Shown piece after piece: positions 11,214-23,817 of a stretch of 64,000 nt of DNA. Each line of letters begins with the position of its first letter. Position 1 is the stretch's first letter. The notes beneath the pieces are model-generated. The model had not been told where the DNA came from. It was given only the letters and a program-made list of their open reading frames with translations, and did no database searches. A program made the position numbers and the translations under genes. The stretch comes from Antedon mediterranea (Eukaryota > Animalia > Echinodermata), in assembly GCF_964355755.1 (NCBI RefSeq), contig NC_092679.1, positions 15,235,432 to 15,299,431 on the forward strand, written 5' to 3'.

Positions 11214-14200
11214 GGCTTCGTGGTGTAGTGGTTATCACGTCTGCTTAACACGCAGAAGGTCCCCGGTTCGAGCCCGGGCGAAACCTATTTTTTTCTTAAT
11301 TTTTTTTTTATTGAAAAATATCTTTTAAAATTATTAATTAAAAACTTAATTTACTGATTCATCCATTTATCGATATACATATTTCTTTTAAGATTTTGCC
11401 GTCCTAACTTTTAAATTTTGGTTTATTTTTGTGCTTTTTTATTAATTAATTTGATCAATTAAGTAGCAACAATGTGTAATCCACACCACAGCGTTACGTT
11501 GTTATATGTGGCTTCGTGGTGTAGTGGTTATCACGTCTGCTTAACACGCAGAAGGTCCCCGGTTCGAGCCCGGGCGAAACCTATATTTTTTTTTACATTA
11601 TGGTAAAAAGTACTGTATTCGTAATATGATAAAGAGTTTATCTCGTTTTATTTTGTTTTTACTACTTTTTTGTGGAATCGTTTACATGTTTATTTAGCTT
11701 TGTGCTTATTACCATATTTGTTTATAATTTACAATTACGCTATAGGAAATACAAACAACAAGAGGACAAACGTCCAATACATGTACTAATCATTTTCATT
11801 TGCAGATAAAAGAAGATAAATTAATTGGATCTGTACTGTGATAAAATGAAATATTTATAACTGGACTTGAATTTATTTAAGTTATTAGAATTTAGTAAGG
11901 ATTGACTTAAAGTATACCATATTAGAGGACCATGGTATTTTATAGAAATTTAAAAAAAAATCTAAAGTACTGAAGTTGCGAATTTGACATATTTTTTGTA
12001 ATTGAAAAATATACATACAGTATATCTTTTTAAAATTATTAATTGAAATATTTTATTTGCGGATTCCGTCATTATTGATATACCTATATATTTTTAAGGC
12101 CTCCGTCCTAGCTTTTAAATTTTAGTTTGCTTTTGTGGTATTTTGTTATTTAATTTGATTTTAACCTGATTTTTTATCAATTCTTTTTATTGAAAAAATA
12201 TCTTTTTAAAATTAATTATTAATAAAAAAACTTAATTTAATGATTCATGCATTATTGATATACATATTTCTTTTAAGAGTTGCCTTCCTAGCTTTTAAAT
12301 TTGGGTTTGTTTTTGTGTTTTTTTGTTAATTAATTTGTTTAATTAAAAAGCCACAATGTGTAACCCTCACCACAGCGTTATATTGTTATATCCGGCTTCG
12401 TGGTGTAGTGGTTATCCCCGGTTCGAGCCCGGGCGAAACCTATTTCTTCATTTTTTATTTGCGGATTCTGCCATTACTATATATTTTTAACACCTCCTTC
12501 CTAGCTTTTACATTTGAGTTTTTTGATTTTGTGGTTTTTTGTTATTCAATTTGCTTCACAAAAATTTGTAAATCACAGCGTTATTCTTATACAATCGGTT
12601 TCGTGGTGTAGTGGTTATCACGTCTGCTTCACACGCAGAAGGTCCCCGGTTCGAGCCCGGGCGGAACCTGTTTTGTTTAATTGATTTCTTTTTATTGAAA
12701 AACATATATCCTTTTAAAATTAGGTTTTCAACATGTTTACCAATAATGTGCTTAGATATTCAACATGTTAACCAATAATGTGCTTAGGTATTCAACATGT
12801 TTACCCATAATGTGCTTAGCTGGTATTCAACATGTTTACCCATAATGTGCTTAGGTATTCAACATGTTTACCAATAATGTGCTTAGGTATTCAACATGTT
12901 TACCGTAAATGTGCTTAGGTATTTAACATGTTTACCAATAATGTGCTTTGGTATTCAACATGTTTACCAATATGTGCTTAGGTATTCAACATGTTTACCA
13001 ATAATGTTCTTAGGTATTCAACATGTTACCAGTAATGTGCTTAGGTATTCAACATGTTACCAATAATGTGCTTTTGTATTCAACATGTTACCAATAATGT
13101 GCTTAGGCATTCAACATGTTACCACTTATGTATTCAACATGTTTACCAATAATGTGCTTAGGTATTCAACATGTTTACCAATAATGTGCTTAAGTATTCA
13201 ACATGTTTTATCACTTTTACACATGTTTATTTAGCTTTGTGCTTATTACCATATTTATTCGTAATTTAAATGGATTAAAAAACTGTATGTAAACTACGTT
13301 GGTGCTGTACGTGGTTTCGTAGTGTAGTGGTTATCACGTCTGCTTTACACGCAGAAGGTCCCCGGTTCTAGCCCGGATGGAACCTGTTTTTTGATTAATT
13401 AGTTTTTTTTTTATTGAAAGATACATTTTTTAAATATTTTATTTGCGGATTCCGTCATTATTGATATACCTATATATTTTTAAGGCCTCCGTCCTAGCTT
13501 TTAAATTTTAGTTTGCTTTTGTGGTATTTTGTTATTTAATTTGCTTTTCAAAAATGTGTAACTCACAACGTTATTATAACAAGCGGTTTCGTGGTGTAGT
13601 GGTTATAACGTCTGCTTCACACGCAGAAGGTCCCCGGTTCGAGCTCGGGCGAAACCTGATTTTTTATCAATTCTTTTTATTGAAAAAATATCTTTTTAAA
13701 ATTAATTATTAATAAAAAAACTTAATTTAATGATTCATGCATTATTGATATACATATTTCTTTCAAGAGTTGCCTTCCTAGCTTTTAAATTTGGGTTTGT
13801 TTTTGTGTTTTTTTGTTAATTAATTTGTTTAATTAAAAAGCCACAATGTGTAACCCTCACCACAGCGTTATATTGTTATATCCGGCTTCGTGGTGTAGTG
13901 ATTATCACGTCTGCTTAACACGCAGAAGGTCCCCGGTTCGAGCCCGGGCGAAACCTATTTCTTCATTTTTTATTTGCGGATTCTGCCATTACTATATATT
14001 TTTAACACCTCCTTCCTAGCGTTTACATTTGAGTTTTTTGATTTTGTAGTTTTTTGTTATTCAATTTGCTTCACAAAAATTTGTAAATCACAGCGTTATT
14101 CTTATACAATCGGTTTCGTGGTGTAGTGGTTATCACGTCTGCTTTACACGCAGAAGGTCCCCGGTTCGAGCCCGGGTGGGACCTGTTTTGTTTAATTGAT

Positions 14201-15328
14201 TTCTTTTTATTGAAAAACATATATCCTTTTAAAATTAGGTATTCAACATGTTTACCAATAATGTGCTTAGATATTCAACATGTTAGCCAATAATGTGCTT
14301 AGGTATTCAACATGTTTACCCATAATGTGCTTAGCTGGTATTCAACATGTTTACCCATAATGTGCTTAGGTATTCAACATGTTTACCAATAATGTGCTTA
14401 GGTATTCAACATGTTTACCGTAAATGTGCTTAGGTATTTAACATGTTTACCAATAATGTGCTTTGGTATTCAACATGTTTACCAATATGTGCTTAGGTAT
14501 TCAACATGTTTACCAATAATGTTCTTAGGTATTCAACATGTTACCAGTAATGTGCTTAGGTATTCAACATGTTACCAATAATGTGCTTTTGTATTCAACA
14601 TGTTACCAATAATGTGCTTAGGCATTCAACATGTTACCACTTATGTATTCAACATGTTTACCAATAATGTGCTTAAGTATTCAACATGTTTTATCACTTT
14701 TACACATGTTTATTTAGCTTTGTGCTTATTACCATATTTATTCGTAATTTAAATGGATTAAAAAACTGTATGTAAACTACGTTGGTGCTGTACGTGGTTT
14801 CGTAGTGTAGTGGTTATCACGTCTGCTTTACACGCAGAAGGTCCCCGGTTCTAGCCCGGATGGAACCTGTTTTTTGATTAATTAGTTTTTTTTTTATTGA
14901 AAGATACATTTTTTAAATTATTATTTAAAAACTTAATTTACTGATTCAGCGTTATGTTATTTTAAGGGGCTTCGTAGTGTATTGGTTATCACGTCTGCTT
15001 AACACGCAGAAGGTCCCCGGTTCGAGCCCGGGCGAAACCTATTTTTTTAACATTATGGTGAAAAGTACTGTATACGCAATATAATATACCGTATAGTATA
15101 TCTTATTTTTATTACTTTTTTAATATACTTATTTTGTGTAATCGGTAATTATCACTTTTACACCTGTTTTTTTGGGATTTTGTGCTTATTACCATATTTA
15201 TTTGTAATTTAAACAGATTAAAAAACTTTGTGTAAAGTACGTTGTTCCTGTACGAGGTTTCGTAGTGTAGTGGTTATCACGTCTGCTTCACACGCAGAAG
15301 GTCCCCGGTTCGAGCCCGAGCGAAACCT
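11214..15328 (+). tRNA. Eleven tRNA-Val loci of 4341-bp unit 3
   Basis: Starts: 11214 AAC, 11510 AAC, 12394 deleted, 12597 CAC, 13313 TAC, 13585 CAC, 13884 AAC, 14112 TAC, 14796 TAC, 14968 AAC, 15256 CAC. Confidence 0.9.
12394..12441 (+). pseudogene. tRNA-Val pseudogene, 25-nt anticodon-arm deletion
   Basis: Identical to 3712. Confidence 0.9.
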
Positions 15329-15554
15329 GATTTTTTATCAATTCTTTTTATTGAAAAAATATCTTTTTAAAATTAATTATTAATAAAAAAACTTAATTTA
15401 ATGATTCATGCATTATTGATATACATATTTCTTTCAAGAGTTGCCTTCCTAGCTTTTAAATTTTGGTTTGTTTTTGTGTTATTTTGTTAATTAATTTTTT
15501 TAATTAAAAAGCCACAATGTATAACCCTCACCACAGCGTTATATTGTTATATCC

Positions 15555-18500
15555 GGCTTCGTGGTGTAGTGGTTATCACGTCTGCTTAACACGCAGAAGG
15601 TCCCCGGTTCGAGCCCGGGCGAAACCTATTTTTTTCTTAATTTTTTTTTTATTGAAAAATATCTTTTAAAATTATTAATTAAAAACTTAATTTACTGATT
15701 CATCCATTTATCGATATACATATTTCTTTTAAGATTTTGCCGTCCTAACTTTTAAATTTTGGTTTATTTTTGTGCTTTTTTATTAATTAATTTGATCAAT
15801 TAAGTAGCAACAATGTGTAATCCACACCACAGCGTTACGTTGTTATATGTGGCTTCGTGGTGTAGTGGTTATCACGTCTGCTTAACACGCAGAAGGTCCC
15901 CGGTTCGAGCCCGGGCGAAACCTATATTTTTTTTTACATTATGGTAAAAAGTACTGTATTCGTAATATGATAAAGAGTTTATCTCGTTTTATTTTGTTTT
16001 TACTACTTTTTTGTGGAATCATTTACATGTTTATTTAGCTTTGTGCTTATTACCATATTTGTTTATAATTTACAATTACGCTATAGGAAATACAAACAAC
16101 AAGAGGACAAACGTCCAATACATGTACTAATCATTTTCATTTGCAGATAAAAGAAGATAAATTAATTGGATCTGTACTGTGATAAAATGAAATATTTATA
16201 ACTGGACTTGAATTTATTTAAGTTATTAGAATTTAGTAAGGATTGACTTAAAGTATACCATATTAGAGGACCATGGTATTTTATAGAAATTTAAAAAAAA
16301 ATCTAAAGTACTGAAGTTGCGAATTTGACATATTTTTTGTAATTGAAAAATATACATACAGTATATCTTTTTAAAATTATTAATTGAAATATTTTATTTG
16401 CGGATTCCGTCATTATTGATATACCTATATATTTTTAAGGCCTCCGTCCTAGCTTTTAAATTTTAGTTTGCTTTTGTGGTATTTTGTTATTTAATTTGAT
16501 TTTAACCTGATTTTTTATCAATTCTTTTTATTGAAAAAATATCTTTTTAAAATTAATTATTAATAAAAAAACTTAATTTAATGATTCATGCATTATTGAT
16601 ATACATATTTCTTTCAAGAGTTGCCTTCCTAGCTTTTAAATTTGGGTTTGTTTTTGTGTTTTTTTGTTAATTAATTTGTTTAATTAAAAAGCCACAATGT
16701 GTAACCCTCACCACAGCGTTATATTGTTATATCCGGCTTCGTGGTGTAGTGGTTATCCCCGGTTCGAGCCCGGGCGAAACCTATTTCTTCATTTTTTATT
16801 TGCGGATTCTGCCATTACTATATATTTTTAACACCTCCTTCCTAGCTTTTACATTTGAGTTTTTTGATTTTGTGGTTTTTTGTTATTCAATTTGCTTCAC
16901 AAAAATTTGTAAATCACAGCGTTATTCTTATACAATCGGTTTCGTGGTGTAGTGGTTATCACGTCTGCTTCACACGCAGAAGGTCCCCGGTTCGAGCCCG
17001 GGCGGAACCTGTTTTGTTTAATTGATTTCTTTTTATTGAAAAACATATATCCTTTTAAAATTAGGTTTTCAACATGTTTACCAATAATGTGCTTAGATAT
17101 TCAACATGTTAACCAATAATGTGCTTAGGTATTCAACATGTTTACCCATAATGTGCTTAGCTGGTATTCAACATGTTTACCCATAATGTGCTTAGGTATT
17201 CAACATGTTTACCAATAATGTGCTTAGGTATTCAACATGTTTACCGTAAATGTGCTTAGGTATTTAACATGTTTACCAATAATGTGCTTTGGTATTCAAC
17301 ATGTTTACCAATATGTGCTTAGGTATTCAACATGTTTACCAATAATGTTCTTAGGTATTCAACATGTTACCAGTAATGTGCTTAGGTATTCAACATGTTA
17401 CCAATAATGTGCTTAGGTATTCAACATGTTTACCGTAAATGTGCTTAGGTATTTAACATGTTTACCAATAATGTGCTTTGGTATTCAACATGTTTACCAA
17501 TAATGTGCTTAGGCATTCAACATGTTACCACTTATGTATTCAACATGTTTACCAATAATGTGCTTAGGTATTCAACATGTTTACCAATAATGTGCTTAAG
17601 TATTCAACATGTTTTATCACTTTTACACATTTTTATTTAGCTTTGTGCTTATTACCATATTTATTCGTAATTTAAATGGATTAAAAAACTGTATGTAAAC
17701 TACGTTGGTGCTGTACGTGGTTTCGTAGTGTAGTGGTTATCACGTCTGCTTTACACGCAGAAGGTCCCCGGTTCTAGCCCGGATGGAACCTGTTTTTTGA
17801 TTAATTAGTTTTTTTTTTATTGAAAGATACATTTTTTAAATATTTTATTTGCGGATTCCGTCATTATTGATATACCTATATATTTTTAAGGCCTCCGTCC
17901 TAGCTTTTAAATTTTAGTTTGCTTTTGTGGTATTTTGTTATTTAATTTGCTTTTCAAAAATGTGTAACTCACAACGTTATTATAATAATTGATTTCTTTT
18001 TATTGAAAAACATATATCCTTTTAAAATTAGGTATTCAACATGTTTACCAATAATGTGCTTAGATATTCAACATGTTAGCCAATAATGTGCTTAGGTATT
18101 CAACATGTTTACCCATAATGTGCTTAGCTGGTATTCAACATGTTTACCCATAATGTGCTTAGGTATTCAACATGTTTACCAATAATGTGCTTAGGTATTC
18201 AACATGTTTACCGTAAATGTGCTTAGGTATTTAACATGTTTACCAATAATGTGCTTTGGTATTCAACATGTTTACCAATATGTGCTTAGGTATTCAACAT
18301 GTTTACCAATAATGTTCTTAGGTATTCAACATGTTACCAGTAATGTGCTTAGGTATTCAACATGTTACCAATAATGTGCTTTTGTATTCAACATGTTACC
18401 AATAATGTGCTTAGGCATTCAACATGTTACCACTTATGTATTCAACATGTTTACCAATAATGTGCTTAAGTATTCAACATGTTTTATCACTTTTACACAT

Positions 18501-19716
18501 GTTTATTTAGCTTTGTGCTTATTACCATATTTATTCGTAATTTAAATGGATTAAAAAACTGTATGTAAACTACGTTGGTGCTGTACGTGGTTTCGTAGTG
18601 TAGTGGTTATCACGTCTGCTTTACACGCAGAAGGTCCCCGGTTCTAGCCCGGATGGAACCTGTTTTTTGATTAATTAGTTTTTTTTTTATTGAAAGATAC
18701 ATTTTTTAAATTATTATTTAAAAACTTAATTTACTGATTCAGCGTTATGTTATTTTAAGGGGCTTCGTAGTGTATTGGTTATCACGTCTGCTTAACACGC
18801 AGAAGGTCCCCGGTTCGAGCCCGGGCGAAACCTATTTTTTTAACATTATGGTGAAAAGTACTGTATACGCAATATAATATACCGTATAGTATATCTTATT
18901 TTTATTACTTTTTTAATATACTTATTTTGTGTAATCGGTAATTATCACTTTTACACCTGTTTTTTTGGGATTTTGTGCTTATTACCATATTTATTTGTAA
19001 TTTAAACAGATTAAAAAACTTTGTGTAAAGTACGTTGTTCCTGTACGAGGTTTCGTAGTGTAGTGGTTATCACGTCTGCTTCACACGCAGAAGGTCCCCG
19101 GTTCGAGCCCGAGCGAAACCTGATTTTTTATCAATTCTTTTTATTGAAAAAATATCTTTTTAAAATTAATTATTAATAAAAAAACTTAATTTAATGATTC
19201 ATGCATTATTGATATACATATTTCTTTCAAGAGTTGCCTTCCTAGCTTTTAAATTTTGGTTTGTTTTTGTGTTATTTTGTTAATTAATTTTTTTAATTAA
19301 AAAGCCACAATGTATAACTCTCACCACAGCGTTATATTGTTATATCCGGCTTCGTGGTGTAGTGGTTATCACGTCTGCTTAACACGCAGAAGGTCCCCGG
19401 TTCGAGCCCGGGCGAAACCTATTTTTTTCTTAATTTTTTTTTTATTGAAAAATATCTTTTAAAATTATTAATTAAAAACTTAATTTACTGATTCATCCAT
19501 TTATCGATATACATATTTCTTTTAAGATTTTGCCGTCCTAAATTTTAAATTTTGGTTTATTTTCGTGCTTTTTTATTAATTAATTTGATCAATTAAGTAG
19601 CAACAATGTGTAATCCACACCACAGCGTTACGTTGTTATATGTGGCTTCGTGGTGTAGTGGTTATCACGTCTGCTTAACACGCAGAAGGTCCCCGGTTCG
19701 AGCCCGGGCGAAACCT
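15555..19716 (+). tRNA. Ten tRNA-Val loci of deleted unit 4 and the start of unit 5
   Basis: Starts: 15555 AAC, 15851 AAC, 16735 deleted, 16938 CAC, 17719 TAC, 18589 TAC, 18761 AAC, 19049 CAC, 19348 AAC, 19644 AAC. Confidence 0.9.
16735..16782 (+). pseudogene. tRNA-Val pseudogene, 25-nt anticodon-arm deletion
   Basis: Identical to 3712. Confidence 0.9.
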
Positions 19717-20499
19717 ATTTTTTTAACATTATGGTGAAAAGTACTGTATCGCAATATAATATACCGTACAGTATATCTTATTTTTATTACTTTTTTAATA
19801 TACTTATTTTGTGTAATCGGTAATTATCACTTTTACACCTGTTTTTTGGGGTTTTGTGCTTATTACCATATTTATTTGTAATTTAAACAGATTAAAAAAC
19901 TGTGTGTAACGCACATTGTTGGTTGGTGCAAGTGGTTTCGTAGTGTAGTGGTTATCACGCCTGCTTAACACGTAGAAGGTCCCTGGTTCGAGCCCGGGCG
20001 AAACCTATTTCTTCATTATTTATTTGCGGATTATATGTTTTTAACACCTCCTTCCAAGCTTTTACATGTTAGTTTGTTTTTGTCGTTTTTTGTTATTCAA
20101 TTCGCTTCGCAAAAATGTGTAAATGACAGCATTATACTTACAAGCGATTTCGTAGTGTAGTGGTTATCACGTCTGCTTCACACGCGGAAGGTCCCCGATT
20201 CAAGCCCGGGCGAAACCTATTTCTTCATTTTTTATTTGTGGATTCTGCCATTATTATATGTTTTTAACACCTCCTTCCTAGCTTTTACATTTGAGTTTTT
20301 TGATTTTGTGGGTTTTTGTTATTCAATTTGCTTCACAAAAATGTGTAAATCACAGCGTTATTCTTATACAATCGGTTGCGTGGTGTAGTGGTTATCACGT
20401 CTGCTTCACACGCAGAAGGTCCCCGGTTCGAGCCCGGGTGGAACCTGTTTTGTTTAATTGATTTCTTTTTATTGAAAAACATATATCCTTTTAAAATTA

Positions 20500-20903
20500 G
20501 GTATTCAACATGTTTATCAATAATGTGCTTAGATATTCAACATGTTAACCAATAATGTGCTTAGGTATTCAACATGTTTACCCATAATGTGCTTAGCCGG
20601 TTTTCAACATGTTTACCCATAATGTGCTCAGGTATTCAACATGTTTACCAATAATGTGCTTAGGTATTCAACATGTTTACCGTAAATGTGCTTAGGTATT
20701 CAACATGTTTACCAATAATATGCTTTGGTATTCAACATGTTTACCAATATGTGCTTAGGTTTTCAACATGTTTACAAATAATGTGCTTAAGTATTTAACA
20801 TGTTACCAGTAATGTGCTTAGGTATTCAACATGTTACCAATAATGTGCTTTTGTATTCAACATGTTACCAATAATGTGCTTAGGCATTCAACATGTTACC
20901 ACT
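20500..20903. repeat. 31-32 bp minisatellite block, first of 24 in the right domain
   Basis: Further blocks start at about 21996, 23911, 25582, 27094, 28570, 30066, 31562, 33483, 35701, 37214, 38690, 40186, 42101, 44318, 46536, 48591, 51542, 52815, 54321, 55862, 57370, 59172 and 61161; each is about 360-730 bp. Confidence 0.93.
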
Positions 20904-21441
20904 AGCTTTGTGCTTATTACCATATTTATTCGTAATTTAAATGGATTAAAAAACTTTATGTAAACTACGTTGTTGCTGTACGTGGTTTCGTAGTGTAGTG
21001 GTTATCACGTCTGCTTTACACGCAGAAGGTCCCCGGTTCGAGCCCGGGCGGAACCTGTTTTTTGATTAATTGGTTTTTTTTATTGAAATATACATTTTTA
21101 AAATTATTATTTATACACTTAATTTACTGATTCAGCGTTATGTTATTTAAAGAGGCTTCGTAGTGTAGTGGTTATCACGTCAGCTTAACACGCAGAAGGT
21201 CCCCGGTTCGAGCCCAGGCGAAACCTATTTTTTTAACATTATGGTGAAAAGTACTGTATACGCAATATAATATACCGTACAGTATATCTTATTTTTATTA
21301 CTTTTTTAATATACTTATTTTGTGTAATCGGTAATTATCACTTTTACACCTGTTTTTTTGGGCTTGGTGCTTATTACTATATTTTATTTGTAATTTAAAC
21401 AGATTAAAAAACTTTGTGTAACGCACATTGTTGGTGCCAGT

Positions 21442-21501
21442 GGTTTCGTAGTGTAGTGGTTATCACGCAGAAGGTCCCCGGTTCGAGCCCGGGCGAAACC
21501 T
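21442..21501 (+). pseudogene. tRNA-Val-derived 60-nt gene with a 13-nt deletion of the anticodon stem-loop
   Basis: TATCACG is joined to CAGAAGG, a deletion between two CACG repeats; acceptor, D and T arms are intact. Confidence 0.9.
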
Positions 21502-23314
21502 ATTTCTTCATTATTTATTTGCGGATTATATGTTTTTAACACCTCCTTCCAAGCTTTTACATTTTAGTTTGTTTTTTTCGTTTTTTGTTATTCAATTCGC
21601 TTTGCAAAAATTTGTGAATCACAGCATTATACTTACAAGCGGTTTCGTAGTGTAGTGGTTATCACGTCTGCTTCACACGTGGAAGGTCCCCGATTCGAGC
21701 CCGGGCGAAACCTATTTCTTCATTTTTTATTTGCGGATTCTGCCATTATTATATGTTTTTAACACCTCCTTCCTAGCTTTAACATTTGACTTTTTTGATT
21801 TTGTGGTTTTTTTGTTATTCAATTTGCTTCACAAAAATCTGTAAATCACAGCGTTATTCTTATACAATCGGTTTCGTGGTGTAGTGGTTATCACGTCTGC
21901 TTCACACGCAGAAGGTCCCCGGTTCGAGCCCGGGTGGAACCTGTTTTGTTTAATTGATTTCTTTTTATTGAAAAACATATATCCTTTTAAAATTAGGTAT
22001 TCAACATGTTTACCAATAATGTGCTTAGATATTCAACATGTTAACCAATAATGTGCTTAGGTATTCAACATGTTTACCCATAATGTGCTTAGCCGGTTTT
22101 CAACATGTTTACCCATAATGTGCTCAGGTATTCAACATGTTTACCAATAATGTGCTTAGGTTTTCAACATGTTTACCGTAAATGTGCTTAGGTATTCAAC
22201 ATGTTTACCAATAATGTGCTTTGGTATTCAACATGTTTACCAATATGTGCTTAGCTTTTCAACATGTTTACCAATAATGTGCTTAGGTATTTAACATGTT
22301 ACCAGTAATGTGCTTAGGTATTCAACATGTTACCAATAATGTGCTTTTGTATTCAACATGTTACCAATAATGTGCTTAGGCATTCAACATGTTACCAGTA
22401 ATGTGCTTAGGTATTCAACATGTTACCAATAATGTGCTTTTGTATTCAACATGTTACCAATAATGTGCTTAGGCATTCAACATGTTACCACTTATGTATT
22501 CAACATGTTTAACAATAATGTGCTTAAGTATTCAACATGTTTTATCACTTTTACACATGTTTATTTAGCTTTGTGCTTATTAACATATTTATTCGTAATT
22601 TAAATGGATTAAAAAACTGTATGTAAACTACGTTGGTGCTGTACGTGGTTTCGTAGTGTAGTGGTTATCACGTCTGCTTTACACGCAGAAGGTTCCCGGT
22701 TCGAGCCCGGGTGGAACCTGTTTTTTGATTAATTAGTTTTTTTTTATTGAAAGATACATTTTTAAAATTATTATTTAAAAACTTAATTTACTGATTCAGC
22801 GTTATGTTATTTTAAGGGGCTTCGTAGTGTATTGGTTATCACGTCTGCTTAACACGCAGAAGGTCCCCGGTTCGAGCCCGGGCGAAACCTATTTTTTAAC
22901 ATTATGGGGAAAGTACTGTATACGCAATATAATATATACCGTACAGTATACCTTATTTTTATTACTTTTTTAATATACTTATTTTGTGTAATCGGTAATT
23001 ATCACTTTTACAACTGTCTTTTTGGCTTTGTGCTTATTACCATATTTATTTGTAATTTATACAGATTAAAAAACTTTGTGTAACGCACATTGTTGGTGCA
23101 AGTGGTTTCGTGGTGTAGTGGTTATCACGTCTGCTTAACACGCAGAAGGTCCCCGGTTCGAGCCCGGGCGAAACCTATTTCTCATTATTTATTTGCGGAT
23201 TATATGTTTTTAACACCTCCTTCCAAGCTTTTACATTTTAGTTTGTTTTTGTCGTTTTTTGTTATTCAATTGGCTTCGCAAAAATGTGTAAATCACAGCA
23301 TTATACTTACAAGC

Positions 23315-23817
23315 GGTTTCGTAGTGTATAGTGGTTATCACGTCAAAGAACTTATAACACAAGAATCTCCTGTTCTTCAATTTGCATTCAAAACACAGTA
23401 TCGGAAGTACAGGGTTAAAAGGTCAAACTGGGCGACGCCATTTCACAGCATGGAGCAGCGTCTTCTCCAAACTAGGAAGTCAATTACTCTACCCCCCCCC
23501 CTCCCCCTAGAGTATTAGCAGATCCCCTGTATGATTTTGACTTTCTAATTTGATGCGGGCGCCCTACTCTTCAGTCAATTACTCTATCCCCCCTAGAGCA
23601 TTAGCAGATCCCCTCTATGATTTTGACTTTCTAATTTGATGCGGGCGCCCTACTCCATGGCTCACAATGGCGCCACCCATAGCTCTATTCTATCCCACAA
23701 TGCCTTTCGAAATTGTTACGCGCTTCGGACGAACAGGAGATTCTTGTGTTATAAGTTCTTTGATCACGTCTGCTTCACACGCGGAAGGTCCCCCCGATTC
23801 GAGCCCGGGCGAAACCT
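23315..23817 (+). pseudogene. tRNA-Val(CAC) interrupted by a MITE
   Basis: The 5' part is 23315-23343 and the 3' part is 23763-23817; there is an extra TA in the D arm and an extra CC in the T stem. Confidence 0.92.
23344..23762. mobile_element. Non-autonomous TIR element (MITE, P-superfamily-like), 419 bp
   Basis: Perfect 32-bp TIR CAAAGAACTTATAACACAAGAATCTCCTGTTC, 7-bp TSD ATCACGT (23337-23343 and 23763-23769), and an internal direct repeat at 23478-23569 / 23573-23655. Confidence 0.9.

Larger units (their letters stand above)
2299..19716 (+). repeat. Left domain: 4341-bp higher-order repeat, about 4 copies, 11 tRNA loci and 2 minisatellite blocks per unit
   Basis: Landmarks recur at exactly +4341 (3712, 8053, 12394, 16735; the ORF track shows 3726, 8067, 12408, 16749). 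The fourth copy has an internal deletion near 17985. Confidence 0.95.
19934..23176 (+). tRNA. tRNA-Val loci at the start of the right domain
   Basis: Starts: 19934 AAC (degenerate), 20146 CAC (degenerate), 20374 CAC, 20984 TAC, 21154 AAC, 21442 deleted, 21641 CAC, 21870 CAC, 22647 TAC, 22818 AAC, 23104 AAC. Confidence 0.88.

Noticed and set aside
23344-23762. tRNA intron, or Dada-type tRNA-specific transposon
   Set aside because: The insert is after position 27 rather than 37/38, has a TSD and perfect 32-bp TIRs, and the host gene has further lesions; Dada elements lack long TIRs.
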